From assembly GCA_003278145.1 (NCBI GenBank), contig QCGV01000002.1, forward strand, positions 154,124 to 218,123: 64,000 nucleotides of DNA. Direction: 5' to 3'. Position 1 is the first letter of the stretch; every line of letters starts with the position of its first letter. The position numbers were made by a program, and so were the translations under genes. Shown here piece after piece: positions 18,095 to 28,885 of the stretch. Source of the stretch: OCS116 cluster bacterium AG-390-A19. GTDB taxonomy: Bacteria; Pseudomonadota; Alphaproteobacteria; MED-G09. The notes under the pieces were generated by a model that was not told where the DNA came from, did not search any database, and saw nothing but the letters and a program-made list of their open reading frames with translations.

Positions 18095-20338
18095 ATGAAT
18101 GTTGTAAAAAGGGCAACTAATTATTTTTTAAATTCTTTGGCTGCTTTTAAAAATACATTATATAAAATTTTTTTTGGTATCATAAATATACTAATTGGCT
18201 TTTTTACAATTGGAATTGGTTTAGTTATTCTAGCCGCAATTATTTCTTATAATAGTCTTGATCAAAGTTTTAATACAGTATCGGATAGGGCAACACAAAA
18301 TTACCTTGGAGAGCCTGGTGCTTATTTAGCTGATATTTTTGTACAACTCCTTGGTACAGTTTCAATATTAATACCAATAATAATAATTACATTTGGCTTT
18401 TATAAAATTATAAAAAAAATAAGTAAATTTTGGTTAAAAGTCTTTTCTTTAAGTTTTGGTGTATTTTTACTCGCATCCTCATTTCATAAAGGCTTTGGAA
18501 ATGGTGGAATTATTGGTTCTCTAGTGGCAAATGAAATAGATTCGCTAATAAATAGATTAAGTGTTTTACTAAATAAAGACCTTTTACAAATTATTACATT
18601 TTCTACTTCTCTCTATATATCAGTAGGTGTTGTAGGAGGGTTATTGATTACTCTTGGGGCTCTACCATCGAAGGGGGAAAATCCTCAAAAAGAAATTTAT
18701 CAAAAAGACATGCTGAACGACAAGAGTAGTATTGAAACTGAAGTGATGCCAACCAAACAAAAGAAAATGCTTTTTACAGCCAGCCCCAAAACAAAAAGAA
18801 AAAAAAGTATTAGAAAAGAAAATAATATTCAAACAAATATACCTGATAATAAATCTGGTTATGAACTTCCTTCGTTAGAGTTATTAAACGATATTCCTGA
18901 TGAAAGAAACAAAAAGCGTATCTCTGAAAAACAAATTCAACAGAACAAAGATTTGCTTGAAAAAACTTTAGCTGATTTTGGAATTAATGGAAAAATAATT
19001 AGTGTTAATCCAGGTCCATTTGTTACTCTTTATGAACTAGAACCAGCTCCAGGAGTAAAATCATCTCGAGTTATTTCTCTTGCAGATGACATATCAAGGT
19101 CAATGAGTTCTACTTCAGCAAGAATTGCTGTAATACCTGGTAAGAATTCTATTGGCATTGAGCTTCCTAACAATGATAAAGAAACTGTATATTTAAAAGA
19201 AATTCTTGAGAGTGTTAATTTTGAGAGCAAAGAGGAAGGTATCGCCCTTAGCTTAGGTAAGAATATTGGAGGCGAACCTACTATTGCTGATTTATCAAGA
19301 ATGCCTCATCTAATGATAGCAGGAACAACTGGCTCAGGTAAATCAGTTGGGATAAATGGAATGATTTTATCTATCTTATATAAGTTTAAACCTGAAGATT
19401 GTCGTTTAATTATGGTGGATCCAAAAATGATTGAGCTTTCGGTTTATGACGGAATACCTCATCTCTTAACACCAGTAATTACAAATCCTAAAAAGGCTGT
19501 AGTAGGATTAAAATGGGTCGTTAGAGAAATGGATGATAGATATAACAGGATGTCAAAGCTATCAGTAAGAACGATGGATGCTTTTAATAAAAAAGCTGAA
19601 GAATTTCAAAGAAAAGGTAAAAAATTTAAAAGAAAAATTCATACTGGTTATGACAATGAAACTGGACAACCACTTTATTCAGAAGAGGAAATAGAACCTA
19701 AAAAAATGCCTTTTATAGTTGTAGTAATTGATGAAATGGCTGATCTTATGCTAGTTGCAAGAAATGATATTGAGCATTTAGTCCAAAGTCTTGCTCAAAA
19801 AGCAAGGGCAGCAGGAATCCATCTAATAATGGCGACCCAGAGACCTTCTGTGGATGTTGTTACAGGAACAATAAAAGCTAATTTTCCGACAAGAATTGCT
19901 TTTCAAGTCGCATCGAAAATTGACAGTAGAACAATTTTAAATGAGATGGGAGCTGAACAACTTCTTGGAAGAGGTGATATGCTCTATATGTCGGATGGAG
20001 GAAAAGTTGTAAGAGTGCATGGTCCATTTGTATCTGACAGTGAAGTTGAGGATGTAGTACGTTTCATTAAAAGCCAAGAAACTCCTGAATATATAGAATC
20101 GTTAACAAAGGAGGAGGGTGAAATAAGCTCAAGCACCCAAACAAATGAGTCTAATGATGAATTATTTAACCAGGCGGTCGAAGTTATTTTGAAAGATAAA
20201 AGAGTGTCAACTAGTTACATTCAAAGAAAATTACAAATAGGTTACAATAGAGCTGCGCGTATAATTGAGGAGATGGAAGAAAAAGGAATTATATCAGAAC
20301 CAAATAATCAAGGAAAAAGAGAGATTTTGGAAAAATGA
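18095..20338 (+). CDS. ftsK: DNA translocase FtsK
   Basis: N-terminal TM helices, linker, motor domain with Walker A GTTGSGKS, C-terminal winged-helix gamma domain. Confidence 0.9.
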   Translation: MNVVKRATNYFLNSLAAFKNTLYKIFFGIINILIGFFTIGIGLVILAAIISYNSLDQSFNTVSDRATQNYLGEPGAYLADIFVQLLGTVSILIPIIIITFGFYKIIKKISKFWLKVFSLSFGVFLLASSFHKGFGNGGIIGSLVANEIDSLINRLSVLLNKDLLQIITFSTSLYISVGVVGGLLITLGALPSKGENPQKEIYQKDMLNDKSSIETEVMPTKQKKMLFTASPKTKRKKSIRKENNIQTNIPDNKSGYELPSLELLNDIPDERNKKRISEKQIQQNKDLLEKTLADFGINGKIISVNPGPFVTLYELEPAPGVKSSRVISLADDISRSMSSTSARIAVIPGKNSIGIELPNNDKETVYLKEILESVNFESKEEGIALSLGKNIGGEPTIADLSRMPHLMIAGTTGSGKSVGINGMILSILYKFKPEDCRLIMVDPKMIELSVYDGIPHLLTPVITNPKKAVVGLKWVVREMDDRYNRMSKLSVRTMDAFNKKAEEFQRKGKKFKRKIHTGYDNETGQPLYSEEEIEPKKMPFIVVVIDEMADLMLVARNDIEHLVQSLAQKARAAGIHLIMATQRPSVDVVTGTIKANFPTRIAFQVASKIDSRTILNEMGAEQLLGRGDMLYMSDGGKVVRVHGPFVSDSEVEDVVRFIKSQETPEYIESLTKEEGEISSSTQTNESNDELFNQAVEVILKDKRVSTSYIQRKLQIGYNRAARIIEEMEEKGIISEPNNQGKREILEK

Positions 20339-20931
20339 TAATAATAAAAAACCTTTTCAGAATAATCTTAATACTAATTCTTTTTACGATTATTGCTCAA
20401 TCAAAAGAATCTGACAAAATTAATAAAAATGAATGGGTTATTTCTCTAGAGCAATATTTTCTAAATCTAGGTAATATAGAAGGAAGCTTTACTCAAATAG
20501 ATCAAATTGGAAACATAACAAAAGGTATTTTTTATTCAAACGGTAATGGATCCTTGCGATTTGAATACTTTAGCCCCTCTGAAATGTTGATAATTGTAAA
20601 TAAAGGTATTTTTGCAATTAAAGAAAGGAGAAATAGTAAAATAAATTACTATTCATTAGAAGATAGTCCTCTTTCAAAACTTCTTTCAAAAGATTTATCC
20701 CTAGAAAGCTTTCATGTTAATGGATTAGAAATACAAGGTAGGATAGCAACTTTAGAACTAAGAACGAAAAAAAATTCAGAGAGAAATTCAATATTTATTT
20801 CAGCCGACTACCCTCAACCGATCCTTAGACAGTGGAAAATCATTGATGCCCAAAAAAAAGAGACAACGATATTTTTTTCAAAAATTAAAGCGATTAATCC
20901 ATTGTTGGACAATTTTTTCGAAATAAAATAA
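20335..20931 (+). CDS. lolA: outer-membrane lipoprotein carrier protein LolA
   Basis: Signal peptide, ~200 aa, conserved ftsK-lolA synteny, GSFTQ motif. Confidence 0.7.
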   Translation: MIIIKNLFRIILILILFTIIAQSKESDKINKNEWVISLEQYFLNLGNIEGSFTQIDQIGNITKGIFYSNGNGSLRFEYFSPSEMLIIVNKGIFAIKERRNSKINYYSLEDSPLSKLLSKDLSLESFHVNGLEIQGRIATLELRTKKNSERNSIFISADYPQPILRQWKIIDAQKKETTIFFSKIKAINPLLDNFFEIK

Positions 20932-20987
20932 AACTTTTTAATAAAAATATAGAAACTCTTACTTATTATTGGTAAGAATGTACATCG

Positions 20988-22073
20988 TTGAAAGGGTGGA
21001 TAAAAATGATTAAGAAATTGAAAAAAAGAAAGACTACAAGAAGAAAATTTATTTCTGGAATAGGCTTAATATCAGCAGGAATAATTTTACGACCATTATC
21101 TTTATTTTCACAGGAAGAAAATCCAATTTTAAATATTGGATCTCCTGTTGATTTTTTATCAGAAAAATTAATATCAAATTTTCAAAAAAATATTAATTCC
21201 TCAATTAACTCAATCACTTATAGTTCAGGCACAAACACTGGTTTTAGCGATAATAATTATGACATCTTAATAGGAAGAGACTCCTATCTTGAAGGTCTAA
21301 TTGATGATGGTAAAATTGCGGAACTTAATAAAGATCTTATACCTAATAACTCTTTTATTGATCCAAAATTCAACAATTCTGCCTTTGATAAGGATAGAAA
21401 ACATACTATACCTTTATCCTATGGGGCAATAGGTATTGCTTACAGGAAGAATAAATTTTCTGAACCTCCATCAACTTGGAGATGGTTGCTAGACTCAGAT
21501 AAATATGCCGGAAAGATTGCTCTTTTAGGTGATGGAAGAACATTAATTCAAATAGCACTAAAATATATGGGAGTTAGCTTAAATACAAATGATCCCATGT
21601 GGATTAATCAAGCTGAAAAACTTCTCAAACGTCAGAAAGAGAATATTAAAGATTTTGGAAAGAAAAATGGTAAAGAACTCTTAATTAATGGCGAAGTTGA
21701 TTTAGCAATTTTGAGCAATGAAGAATTTAAAAAAATTAACAACGATGAGATTGGATTTACATTTCCTAGGGAAGGAAGTTTAATTTGGCAAGACTGTGCT
21801 TGTATCTCCAAAGCATCGCAAAAATATGAAGAAAGCCATTCAGTAATTAATTCAATGCTTGATCCAAAAAACTCAAGGTCAATTGTTGAAAATCTTCAGA
21901 CTGCTACCCCAAATATTATGGCACTAGACATAGCAAAGAAAAGCTATAAAGAAGACTCAACAATTTTTCCAAGTGCACAAATTATGGAACGTTACGAAGA
22001 TACATCAACCATATTAGACTTTGATTATGAAATGATGATCGAAGAAATGTGGGATAATATTCTAGACTCATAG
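20988..22073 (+). CDS. periplasmic substrate-binding protein, PotD/PotF-like fold, Tat-type signal
   Basis: RRKFISGIGLISAG twin-arginine-like signal; GEVDLAIL and FPREGSLIWQD...ISKAS resemble PotD-family motifs; no adjacent permease or ATPase genes. Confidence 0.5.
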   Translation: MKGWIKMIKKLKKRKTTRRKFISGIGLISAGIILRPLSLFSQEENPILNIGSPVDFLSEKLISNFQKNINSSINSITYSSGTNTGFSDNNYDILIGRDSYLEGLIDDGKIAELNKDLIPNNSFIDPKFNNSAFDKDRKHTIPLSYGAIGIAYRKNKFSEPPSTWRWLLDSDKYAGKIALLGDGRTLIQIALKYMGVSLNTNDPMWINQAEKLLKRQKENIKDFGKKNGKELLINGEVDLAILSNEEFKKINNDEIGFTFPREGSLIWQDCACISKASQKYEESHSVINSMLDPKNSRSIVENLQTATPNIMALDIAKKSYKEDSTIFPSAQIMERYEDTSTILDFDYEMMIEEMWDNILDS

Positions 22074-22085
22074 TTTAAAGCATAC

Positions 22086-22889
22086 ATGAATATTCGTTTA
22101 TTAAGTTGGAATATTAACTCTGTTAGACTCAGGATAGATACATTAAAAAAAATTATTAGAATTTATAAGCCTAATATAGTTTGTTTACAGGAAACCAAAT
22201 GTCCCAATGACCTTTTTCCATTCAAAGATTTAGAAAAATTGGGTCTTTCAAATATACATACAAATGGTATCAAAGGTTATCATGGTGTTTGCATAGCAAC
22301 TGATCTTCCAGTGAATAAAGTTGAACAAAAAGACTTTTGTAACAAACACGATGGAAGACATATTTCTCTTCAATTAAAAGTAAAAAATAGTTTACTTAAT
22401 ATTCATAATTTCTATGTACCCGCTGGCGGAGATGAGCCCGACCCAAAGATTAATGAAAAGTTTAAACATAAATTAGATTTTCTAGATGAGGCAACAAACT
22501 ATATAAAGACTCAACATAAGTATCCATATACCGTGTTGGTTGGCGATCTTAATATTGCCCCCCACGAAAATGATGTTTGGTCACATAAACAGTTATTAAA
22601 AATTGTTAGTCACACTCCTATTGAAGTAGAAAAACTTGAAAAATTCCAAAGTTCAATTGATTTTGTCGATGCGTTAAGAGAGTTTCATCCATTTTCAGAA
22701 AAGCTTTATAGTTGGTGGAGCTATAGATCAAAAAACTGGGAAATATCTGATAGAGGAAGAAGGCTTGATCATATTTGGATTACCCCAAAATTAAATAAAA
22801 AAATAATAAAAGCCTCTATTGAAAAGGAAATAAGAGGATGGGATAGACCATCGGATCATTCACCACTAATTGCGGACTTTAAGCTGTAA
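22086..22889 (+). CDS. xthA: exodeoxyribonuclease III (AP endonuclease)
   Basis: LLSWNINS...CLQETK, GDLNIAP, SDHSPL EEP-family motifs. Confidence 0.85.
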   Translation: MNIRLLSWNINSVRLRIDTLKKIIRIYKPNIVCLQETKCPNDLFPFKDLEKLGLSNIHTNGIKGYHGVCIATDLPVNKVEQKDFCNKHDGRHISLQLKVKNSLLNIHNFYVPAGGDEPDPKINEKFKHKLDFLDEATNYIKTQHKYPYTVLVGDLNIAPHENDVWSHKQLLKIVSHTPIEVEKLEKFQSSIDFVDALREFHPFSEKLYSWWSYRSKNWEISDRGRRLDHIWITPKLNKKIIKASIEKEIRGWDRPSDHSPLIADFKL

Positions 22890-23546
22890 TCATTTAAAAC
22901 AATATCCATCTTCTGAACTTTCAATAGATAAAATGTCTTTAAATGGAATAATTTTTTTTCGAATAGTATATATATGTGTTGTTAATGTTTTTGTTTCGAT
23001 ATTTTTTTTATAGCCCCAAACTTTATTTAATAAATAGTCATGAGTTATTGTACTGCCTTTAGCATCGATTAAATGCCAAAGAATTTTAGCCTCTTTATCC
23101 GTAAGTCTTACTGTTTTATCCAAGCCTTTTATAATCCTGGCGTTCATATCTAAATTTAATTTTTTAAATTTTAAGTTAGAGTATTCAATTATATCCCTTT
23201 GAAGAACTATATTTTCAATAATTTTTAATAATTCAATAAAATTAAATGGAGTATCAAAAAATATAAAAGAATTTTTTTCCAGAGTTGAAACTTCTTCGAA
23301 AGATCCAAAAATAATTGCAGGAAAAGAATAAGATCTTTCAGATAAAAACTTTTTAATTTTTGGAATTTCGTTTTGTTCCATTGAATAAGATAAAACAATA
23401 TCATCTTTTTCAAACTGTTGAGCCTTTGTAATATTTGTTATTTTTTTAAAAACAGTTAAATCATATTCTTGTAAGGAAGAAAATTGTTCCTCAATAATTG
23501 AATTAAAAAATTCATCATCAGAAAATAGGAAGGCTTTAATTGTCAA
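22890..23546 (-). CDS. OmpR/PhoB-type winged-helix transcriptional regulator with a degenerate (aspartate-less) receiver domain
   Basis: C-terminal trans_reg_C pattern (LTDKEAKILWHLIDAKGSTITHDYLLNKVWGY...LTTHIYTIRKKI). The N-terminal ~120 aa lack the acidic pocket and phospho-acceptor Asp. Confidence 0.6.
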   Translation of the reverse strand: MTIKAFLFSDDEFFNSIIEEQFSSLQEYDLTVFKKITNITKAQQFEKDDIVLSYSMEQNEIPKIKKFLSERSYSFPAIIFGSFEEVSTLEKNSFIFFDTPFNFIELLKIIENIVLQRDIIEYSNLKFKKLNLDMNARIIKGLDKTVRLTDKEAKILWHLIDAKGSTITHDYLLNKVWGYKKNIETKTLTTHIYTIRKKIIPFKDILSIESSEDGYCFK

Positions 23547-23549
23547 TTT

Positions 23550-24215
23550 TTATCCCCTTGGCCCCATTATGGCCTCCCCAACCCTTATATGAGTTGAACC
23601 AAGTGCAATTGCTGTTTCAAAGTCACTGCTCATACCCATACTTAAGTATTTTAGCATATTCTTTTTTGATAGTTTATTTAATAGCGCAAAATACAACGAA
23701 GGTTCTTCATCTGGCGGAGGCAAAGTCATCAAACCACTAACACCAATCTTTGAATATTTTTTCGCTTCATTAAAAAAATCATCCATTTCTTCGAGATAAA
23801 TTCCGCTTTTTGAGCTTTCTTTGGATATATTAATCTGAAGAAATAGTTGTTTTAGCTTAGAATCTGAAGATAGTTTCTCATTTATTATTTTTAAGGTCTT
23901 AATTTTCTCAATAGAATGAATAGCTGAAAAAATTTCAATTGCCGGCTTAATTTTATTTGATTGAATTGGACCAACCATGTGCAACTCAATATTCTTATTC
24001 TTAGATAAAGTATCTGACCATTTTTTTTCAGCTTCTTGCACTTTATTTTCACCAAAGAAAAGATGTCCAGCGTCTATAAGTGGTTTTATTTTTTCAAAAT
24101 TAAATTTTTTTGTAATAACTATTAATTTTATTTCAGAAGGATCTCTCTTAAATTTAATTGCGGTTTTTTCAATCCTATTTTTTATAGTTTGAAGGTTTTT
24201 TTGAATATCTGTCAT
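23550..24215 (-). CDS. YggS/PLPBP family pyridoxal-phosphate homeostasis protein
   Basis: KLIVITK (PLP-Lys), FGENKVQE, VGPIQSNK, HFIG-like motifs; likely start MTDIQ (24215) rather than 24254. Confidence 0.8.
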   Translation of the reverse strand: MTDIQKNLQTIKNRIEKTAIKFKRDPSEIKLIVITKKFNFEKIKPLIDAGHLFFGENKVQEAEKKWSDTLSKNKNIELHMVGPIQSNKIKPAIEIFSAIHSIEKIKTLKIINEKLSSDSKLKQLFLQINISKESSKSGIYLEEMDDFFNEAKKYSKIGVSGLMTLPPPDEEPSLYFALLNKLSKKNMLKYLSMGMSSDFETAIALGSTHIRVGEAIMGPRG

Positions 24216-24359
24216 TGTTTCTTTATCTTTATTGTTTACTTTATCGGATATCATAAATAATAAAATATAAAAGTTTGAATTAATTCATTTTGAGATAAAG
24301 TAAATTTACTGTTATTGATAGAATTGTTTTTAAAGCCATCATATGTGGGAGTTATTTTT

Positions 24360-24812
24360 ATGAATAGAAGAAGTAATATTGTTTTATTGTTATGTATTAT
24401 GCTTTTGCTAAGTAACTGCTCTCGATTGAATCCGTTTTCAAAGAAAGTCGATTTAGAAACCTCTGAGATTGTTAATTCTCAAATATCAATGGCAGTAAAT
24501 GCATTTTTATGGAGAGCAAGCCTTGATACAGTATCTTTTATACCTGTAAATACTGCAGATCCTATAGGTGGTTTCATATCAACAGATTGGTATGTTGATC
24601 CAGAAAATCCAAGTGAAAGAATAAAACTTAATGTTTATGTAAAAGATAGAAGATTAAGGGCCGACGCTTTAACTGTAAATGTGTTTAGAGAGATTAAAAT
24701 ATCTGATGAATGGGTTAAAGCAGATGTAAATCCTGATACCCCAAGATTAGTTGAGGCTTCAATTTTAACAAAAGCTCGTGAGCTGAGAATTGGTTCTCTT
24801 GGAAATAGTTAA
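24360..24812 (+). CDS. conserved lipoprotein (possibly DUF3576-type, upstream of leuS)
   Basis: Lipobox LLLSNC after MNRRSNIVLL; track ORF starts 24315, but the signal-peptide Met at 24360 is the likelier start. Confidence 0.45.
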   Translation: MNRRSNIVLLLCIMLLLSNCSRLNPFSKKVDLETSEIVNSQISMAVNAFLWRASLDTVSFIPVNTADPIGGFISTDWYVDPENPSERIKLNVYVKDRRLRADALTVNVFREIKISDEWVKADVNPDTPRLVEASILTKARELRIGSLGNS

Positions 24813-24819
24813 AGTCTAA

Positions 24820-27387
24820 ATGTCTGAATATCGTCCAGATAAAATAGAATCATATTGGCAAAATATTTGGTCTGAAAAAGATTCCTTTAAGCCAAGACCT
24901 GTTTCTGAAAATAAACCAAAAAAATATATTTTAGAAATGTTTCCATATCCATCAGGAAATATTCATATGGGACATGTTAGGAATTATACAATTGGCGATG
25001 TTGTTGCGCGCTACAGAAAAGCTCAAGGTGATAATGTGCTTCACCCAATGGGCTGGGACGCCTTTGGGATGCCTGCAGAAAATGCGGCAATGGAGAAAAA
25101 AATACACCCCAAAGAGTGGACATATAAAAATATTGATAATATGAAATCTCAACTGAAATCACTCGGGCTCTCAATTGATTGGAGCAGAGAGCTAGCCACT
25201 TGTGATCCAGAGTATTTTAGACATCAACAGAAGATCTTTTTAGATTTTTATAAAGCTGGCATCGCTTACCGAAAAGAAAGTGAAGTTAATTGGGATCCTA
25301 TAGATAAAACTGTATTAGCTAATGAACAAGTCATAGATGGTAAAGGTTGGAGATCAGGGGCTATTGTTGAAAGAAAAGTTCTAACTCAATGGTTTTTAAA
25401 AATTTCAAACGATTCACAACGATTGCTCAACGAAATAGGAAAACTTGAAAATTGGCCAGATAAAGTTAAAACAATGCAACAAAATTGGATAGGAAAATCT
25501 ACCGGCGTTTCTTTTGAATTCGAATGTATTGACTTGGATAAAAAAACTTGTGATCCGATTAAAGTCTTCACAACTAGGCCAGATACATTATTTGGTGCAA
25601 CATTTTGTGGTATCTCAATTGATCATCCAATAGTCAAAACGCTTGAGGAAGATAACGAAATAAAAGAATTTATTAAAGAATGTAAAAAAATTGGTACGAC
25701 TGAAGAGGCAATAGAAAAAGCTGAAAAAAAGGGGATTAAAACTGGTTTTAAGATCAAACACCCTTTTATAAAAAATAAACTTCTTGATGTATATATTGCA
25801 AATTTTATCCTGAGTGAATATGGAACCGGTGCAATCTTTGGTTGCCCAGCACACGATCAAAGAGATTTTGATTTTGCAAAAAAATATGAAATTGACATTA
25901 TACCTGTTGTAAGTGCAGAAGGTACAGAAACAGAGTTAGGCCAAGACCTCACTGAGGCCTACACAGCAGAAGGAAGGTTAATTAACTCTGACTTCTTAAA
26001 TGGTCTAAGCATTGATGAAGCAAAAAATAAAGCAATAGAAAAACTAGTCGAGAGCAATAAAGGAAAAAAAGAAACAAATTTTAGACTTCGTGACTGGGGA
26101 ATTTCTAGACAAAGATATTGGGGGTGCCCAATTCCAATTTTATACAGAGAAGATGGGGAGATAATTCCAGTACCAGAAGATGAATTGCCTATAACTCTTC
26201 CTGAGGATATTGATTTAACTATTCCTGGAAATCCATTAGAAAGACATCCCACCTGGAAATATACAAAATGCAAAGAGACAGGATTAAAAGCAGTAAGAGA
26301 AACTGATACTCTTGATACTTTCGTAGACTCATCATGGTACTTTGCAAGGTTTTGTGACCTAGATAAGGAAAAACCACTTAATATTTCGGCTACTGATTAT
26401 TGGCTACCAGTTGATCAATATATAGGCGGTGTAGAGCATGCTATTCTTCATTTACTATATTCAAGATTCTTTACAAATGCTCTTAAAGATACAGGCCACC
26501 TAAATATTAGCGAACCTTTTAATGGAATGTTTACTCAAGGTATGGTCTGTCATGAAACCTACCAAAATAATAACGGTGAATGGATTGAGCCTAGTTTAAT
26601 TACAGTAAAAAATTCTGAAATTATTCATAAAGAGACAGGAGAGACTCTTAGAAAGGGCCCCTCTGAGAAAATGTCTAAATCTAAAAAAAATGTTGTAGAT
26701 CCATCAATAATAATAAAAAAATTTGGTGCCGATACTGCAAGATGGTTTGTATTATCGGATTCACCTCCTGAAAGAGATATTTTTTGGTCTGAGTCAGGAG
26801 TTGAAGCTGCTGGTAAATTTATAAGAAAAATATGGAATACAATCAATCAACTAAATGCGCTGGCTAAAGGTAAGACTAAAAACGAAAATAAAGAAAAGAC
26901 TGCTAACTTAAGAAAGATAACACACAAAACTCTTTATAAGATTACTAGAGATTTAGACAATCTTAGTTTTAATAAAGTAATAGCAAGTCTGTACGAATTT
27001 ATAGGAGATATTTCTAAAATTAACGAAAGCGATAATATTAGTTCTGAGGCATTAGATGAAGCATTATCTTTTCTTTTAGTAATGTTGGGACCAATAACCC
27101 CTCATCTAGCTGAAGAGGGCTGGTCTCTTTTAAGCGAGAAAGAAGGTTTGCTTTGCGAACAAACGTGGCCATGTACTGACGAAAATCTAATCACTGAAAC
27201 TAATATAAAATTACCAATACAAATCAACGGTAAAAAGAAAGCAGAGATTGAAGTAGAAAAAAATATTGATGAAGATAGACTAAAAGAACTAATCTTAAAC
27301 GAAGTAAGTATAAAATCATTTATTGAAGACAAAGAAATTAAAAAGCTTATAATCGTTCCTAATAGGATTATTAATATTGTTGTTTAA
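24820..27387 (+). CDS. leuS: leucine--tRNA ligase
   Basis: HMGH (HIGH) and KMSKS motifs, editing domain, 855 aa. Confidence 0.95.
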   Translation: MSEYRPDKIESYWQNIWSEKDSFKPRPVSENKPKKYILEMFPYPSGNIHMGHVRNYTIGDVVARYRKAQGDNVLHPMGWDAFGMPAENAAMEKKIHPKEWTYKNIDNMKSQLKSLGLSIDWSRELATCDPEYFRHQQKIFLDFYKAGIAYRKESEVNWDPIDKTVLANEQVIDGKGWRSGAIVERKVLTQWFLKISNDSQRLLNEIGKLENWPDKVKTMQQNWIGKSTGVSFEFECIDLDKKTCDPIKVFTTRPDTLFGATFCGISIDHPIVKTLEEDNEIKEFIKECKKIGTTEEAIEKAEKKGIKTGFKIKHPFIKNKLLDVYIANFILSEYGTGAIFGCPAHDQRDFDFAKKYEIDIIPVVSAEGTETELGQDLTEAYTAEGRLINSDFLNGLSIDEAKNKAIEKLVESNKGKKETNFRLRDWGISRQRYWGCPIPILYREDGEIIPVPEDELPITLPEDIDLTIPGNPLERHPTWKYTKCKETGLKAVRETDTLDTFVDSSWYFARFCDLDKEKPLNISATDYWLPVDQYIGGVEHAILHLLYSRFFTNALKDTGHLNISEPFNGMFTQGMVCHETYQNNNGEWIEPSLITVKNSEIIHKETGETLRKGPSEKMSKSKKNVVDPSIIIKKFGADTARWFVLSDSPPERDIFWSESGVEAAGKFIRKIWNTINQLNALAKGKTKNENKEKTANLRKITHKTLYKITRDLDNLSFNKVIASLYEFIGDISKINESDNISSEALDEALSFLLVMLGPITPHLAEEGWSLLSEKEGLLCEQTWPCTDENLITETNIKLPIQINGKKKAEIEVEKNIDEDRLKELILNEVSIKSFIEDKEIKKLIIVPNRIINIVV

Positions 27388-27862
27388 AAAAAAAATTTTA
27401 TTTATATTTTTTATAGGTGTATTTTCTTCGGCTTGCACATTTGAACCCCTTTATTCTGAAAAATTTCTTGCGGAATATAAAATAATTGAACCTTCAAAAA
27501 CCAATAAAGAATTACATGAAATATATAGAAATCTTAATAAGTTAATTTCTTCAAACTCGAAAAGTGAAAATCTTTTTACAGTGGAGCTTGCATCACAAAA
27601 TAGATTTGACGATATTGATGTAAGAGAAGATGAAAAAGTAACCAGGATGGGTGTTTCGACCACTGTAATATTTAAAATACGTAAGATAAACTCAGATAAA
27701 GTTATATTTACAAGCCAAAGTATCGGATCAAATGCATTTAATAGAATTGCTGAGCCTTATTCAAATGAAGTTGCCAAAAATGATGCTATTTCAAAACTCT
27801 CAACATCAATTGCATATGATATAAGAAATCAGCTTGCTCTATACTCAAAAAAAATTAAATAA
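27377..27862 (+). CDS. lptE: LPS-assembly lipoprotein LptE (RlpB)
   Basis: Lipobox FSSAC; conserved leuS-lptE-holA gene order; ~160 aa. Confidence 0.6.
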   Translation: MLFKKKILFIFFIGVFSSACTFEPLYSEKFLAEYKIIEPSKTNKELHEIYRNLNKLISSNSKSENLFTVELASQNRFDDIDVREDEKVTRMGVSTTVIFKIRKINSDKVIFTSQSIGSNAFNRIAEPYSNEVAKNDAISKLSTSIAYDIRNQLALYSKKIK

Positions 27863-28884
27863 TGAAGGGAAAGCAACAAGATATTTCTACTATAATTAAT
27901 AATGGAGAAACTTCCTTAAAATGTATTCTTTTGTACGGACCAAACTCATACCTTATCAACGAGCTTTATAACAAATTGTGCGATAGTCTTATCGATAAAA
28001 ATGATGTATTTGCTCCATCAGAGTTCAATATTAAAGAAATATCAAAAAATGCAGATGCTTTTTATAATGAAGCTGAATCTCTCGCATTCGGGGGTGGAAG
28101 AAAATATTTAAAAATTGATATGGATAATTCTGAATCCGCTGGGCCTGTCCTCGATTTACTTAAGGATGACATCAAAGAAACAACGCTTCTTATAAAAGGG
28201 GATGTATTATCACCTAGGTCAAATATAAGAAAGTCTTTAGAAAAATTAGAGAATACTCTAATAGTGCCTTTTTATGAGGATGACATAGTAAGTCTAAAAA
28301 AGTTTATAAAAGAAAAAGCTGAAAAAAGAAACTTTTCATTTAATGAGAGCGCAATCAATTCAATCATTTCAATGTCTGGTTTTGAACGAAGTCAAATCAA
28401 TGATGCTGTTGAAAGAATAATGCTCTATTTTGAATTTGATGAAGATAAAAAAATCGATGAAGAAAAAGTCGGAAAAATTTTATTCGATACAAATCAAGGT
28501 CAAATGAGCGAACTATGTAAAAGCATATGTCTAGGAGAAACAGAAGTTTCACAAAAAATTTCTGAAAGACTTTTCCTCCAGGGCATTACACCCCCTCAAT
28601 TTATATCAGCACTAATTATACACTTTCAAAAACTTCATTTAGTTGGTTTAAATATTATTTCAGGTCAATCAGTTAGTGAGGCAATGAAACAAATAAAACC
28701 ACCAATTTTTTTTAAAGAAGTTAATGCTTTTAAATCTCAAATAAAAAATTGGAATATTAATAAAGTCGATAGAGCCCTAGAAATACTTACAGAGAGCGAC
28801 CTATTAACGAAAACTAAACCTGGGCTTGGAAAAAGCCTAATAGGCAATATCATAATAAGATTGGCAAATGTTGCGAAAAAATAA
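27862..28884 (+). CDS. holA: DNA polymerase III delta subunit
   Basis: Position after lptE; 340 aa; LLYGPNSYL start typical of the delta subunit. Confidence 0.7.
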   Translation: MKGKQQDISTIINNGETSLKCILLYGPNSYLINELYNKLCDSLIDKNDVFAPSEFNIKEISKNADAFYNEAESLAFGGGRKYLKIDMDNSESAGPVLDLLKDDIKETTLLIKGDVLSPRSNIRKSLEKLENTLIVPFYEDDIVSLKKFIKEKAEKRNFSFNESAINSIISMSGFERSQINDAVERIMLYFEFDEDKKIDEEKVGKILFDTNQGQMSELCKSICLGETEVSQKISERLFLQGITPPQFISALIIHFQKLHLVGLNIISGQSVSEAMKQIKPPIFFKEVNAFKSQIKNWNINKVDRALEILTESDLLTKTKPGLGKSLIGNIIIRLANVAKK

Positions 28885-28885
28885 A

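Noticed and set aside
20956-20977. Hairpin TCTTAC-N9-GTAAGA downstream of lolA as a rho-independent terminator
   Set aside because: The stem is only 6 bp, AT-rich, and not followed by a U-tract. It is indistinguishable from chance palindromes in ~20% GC intergenic DNA.
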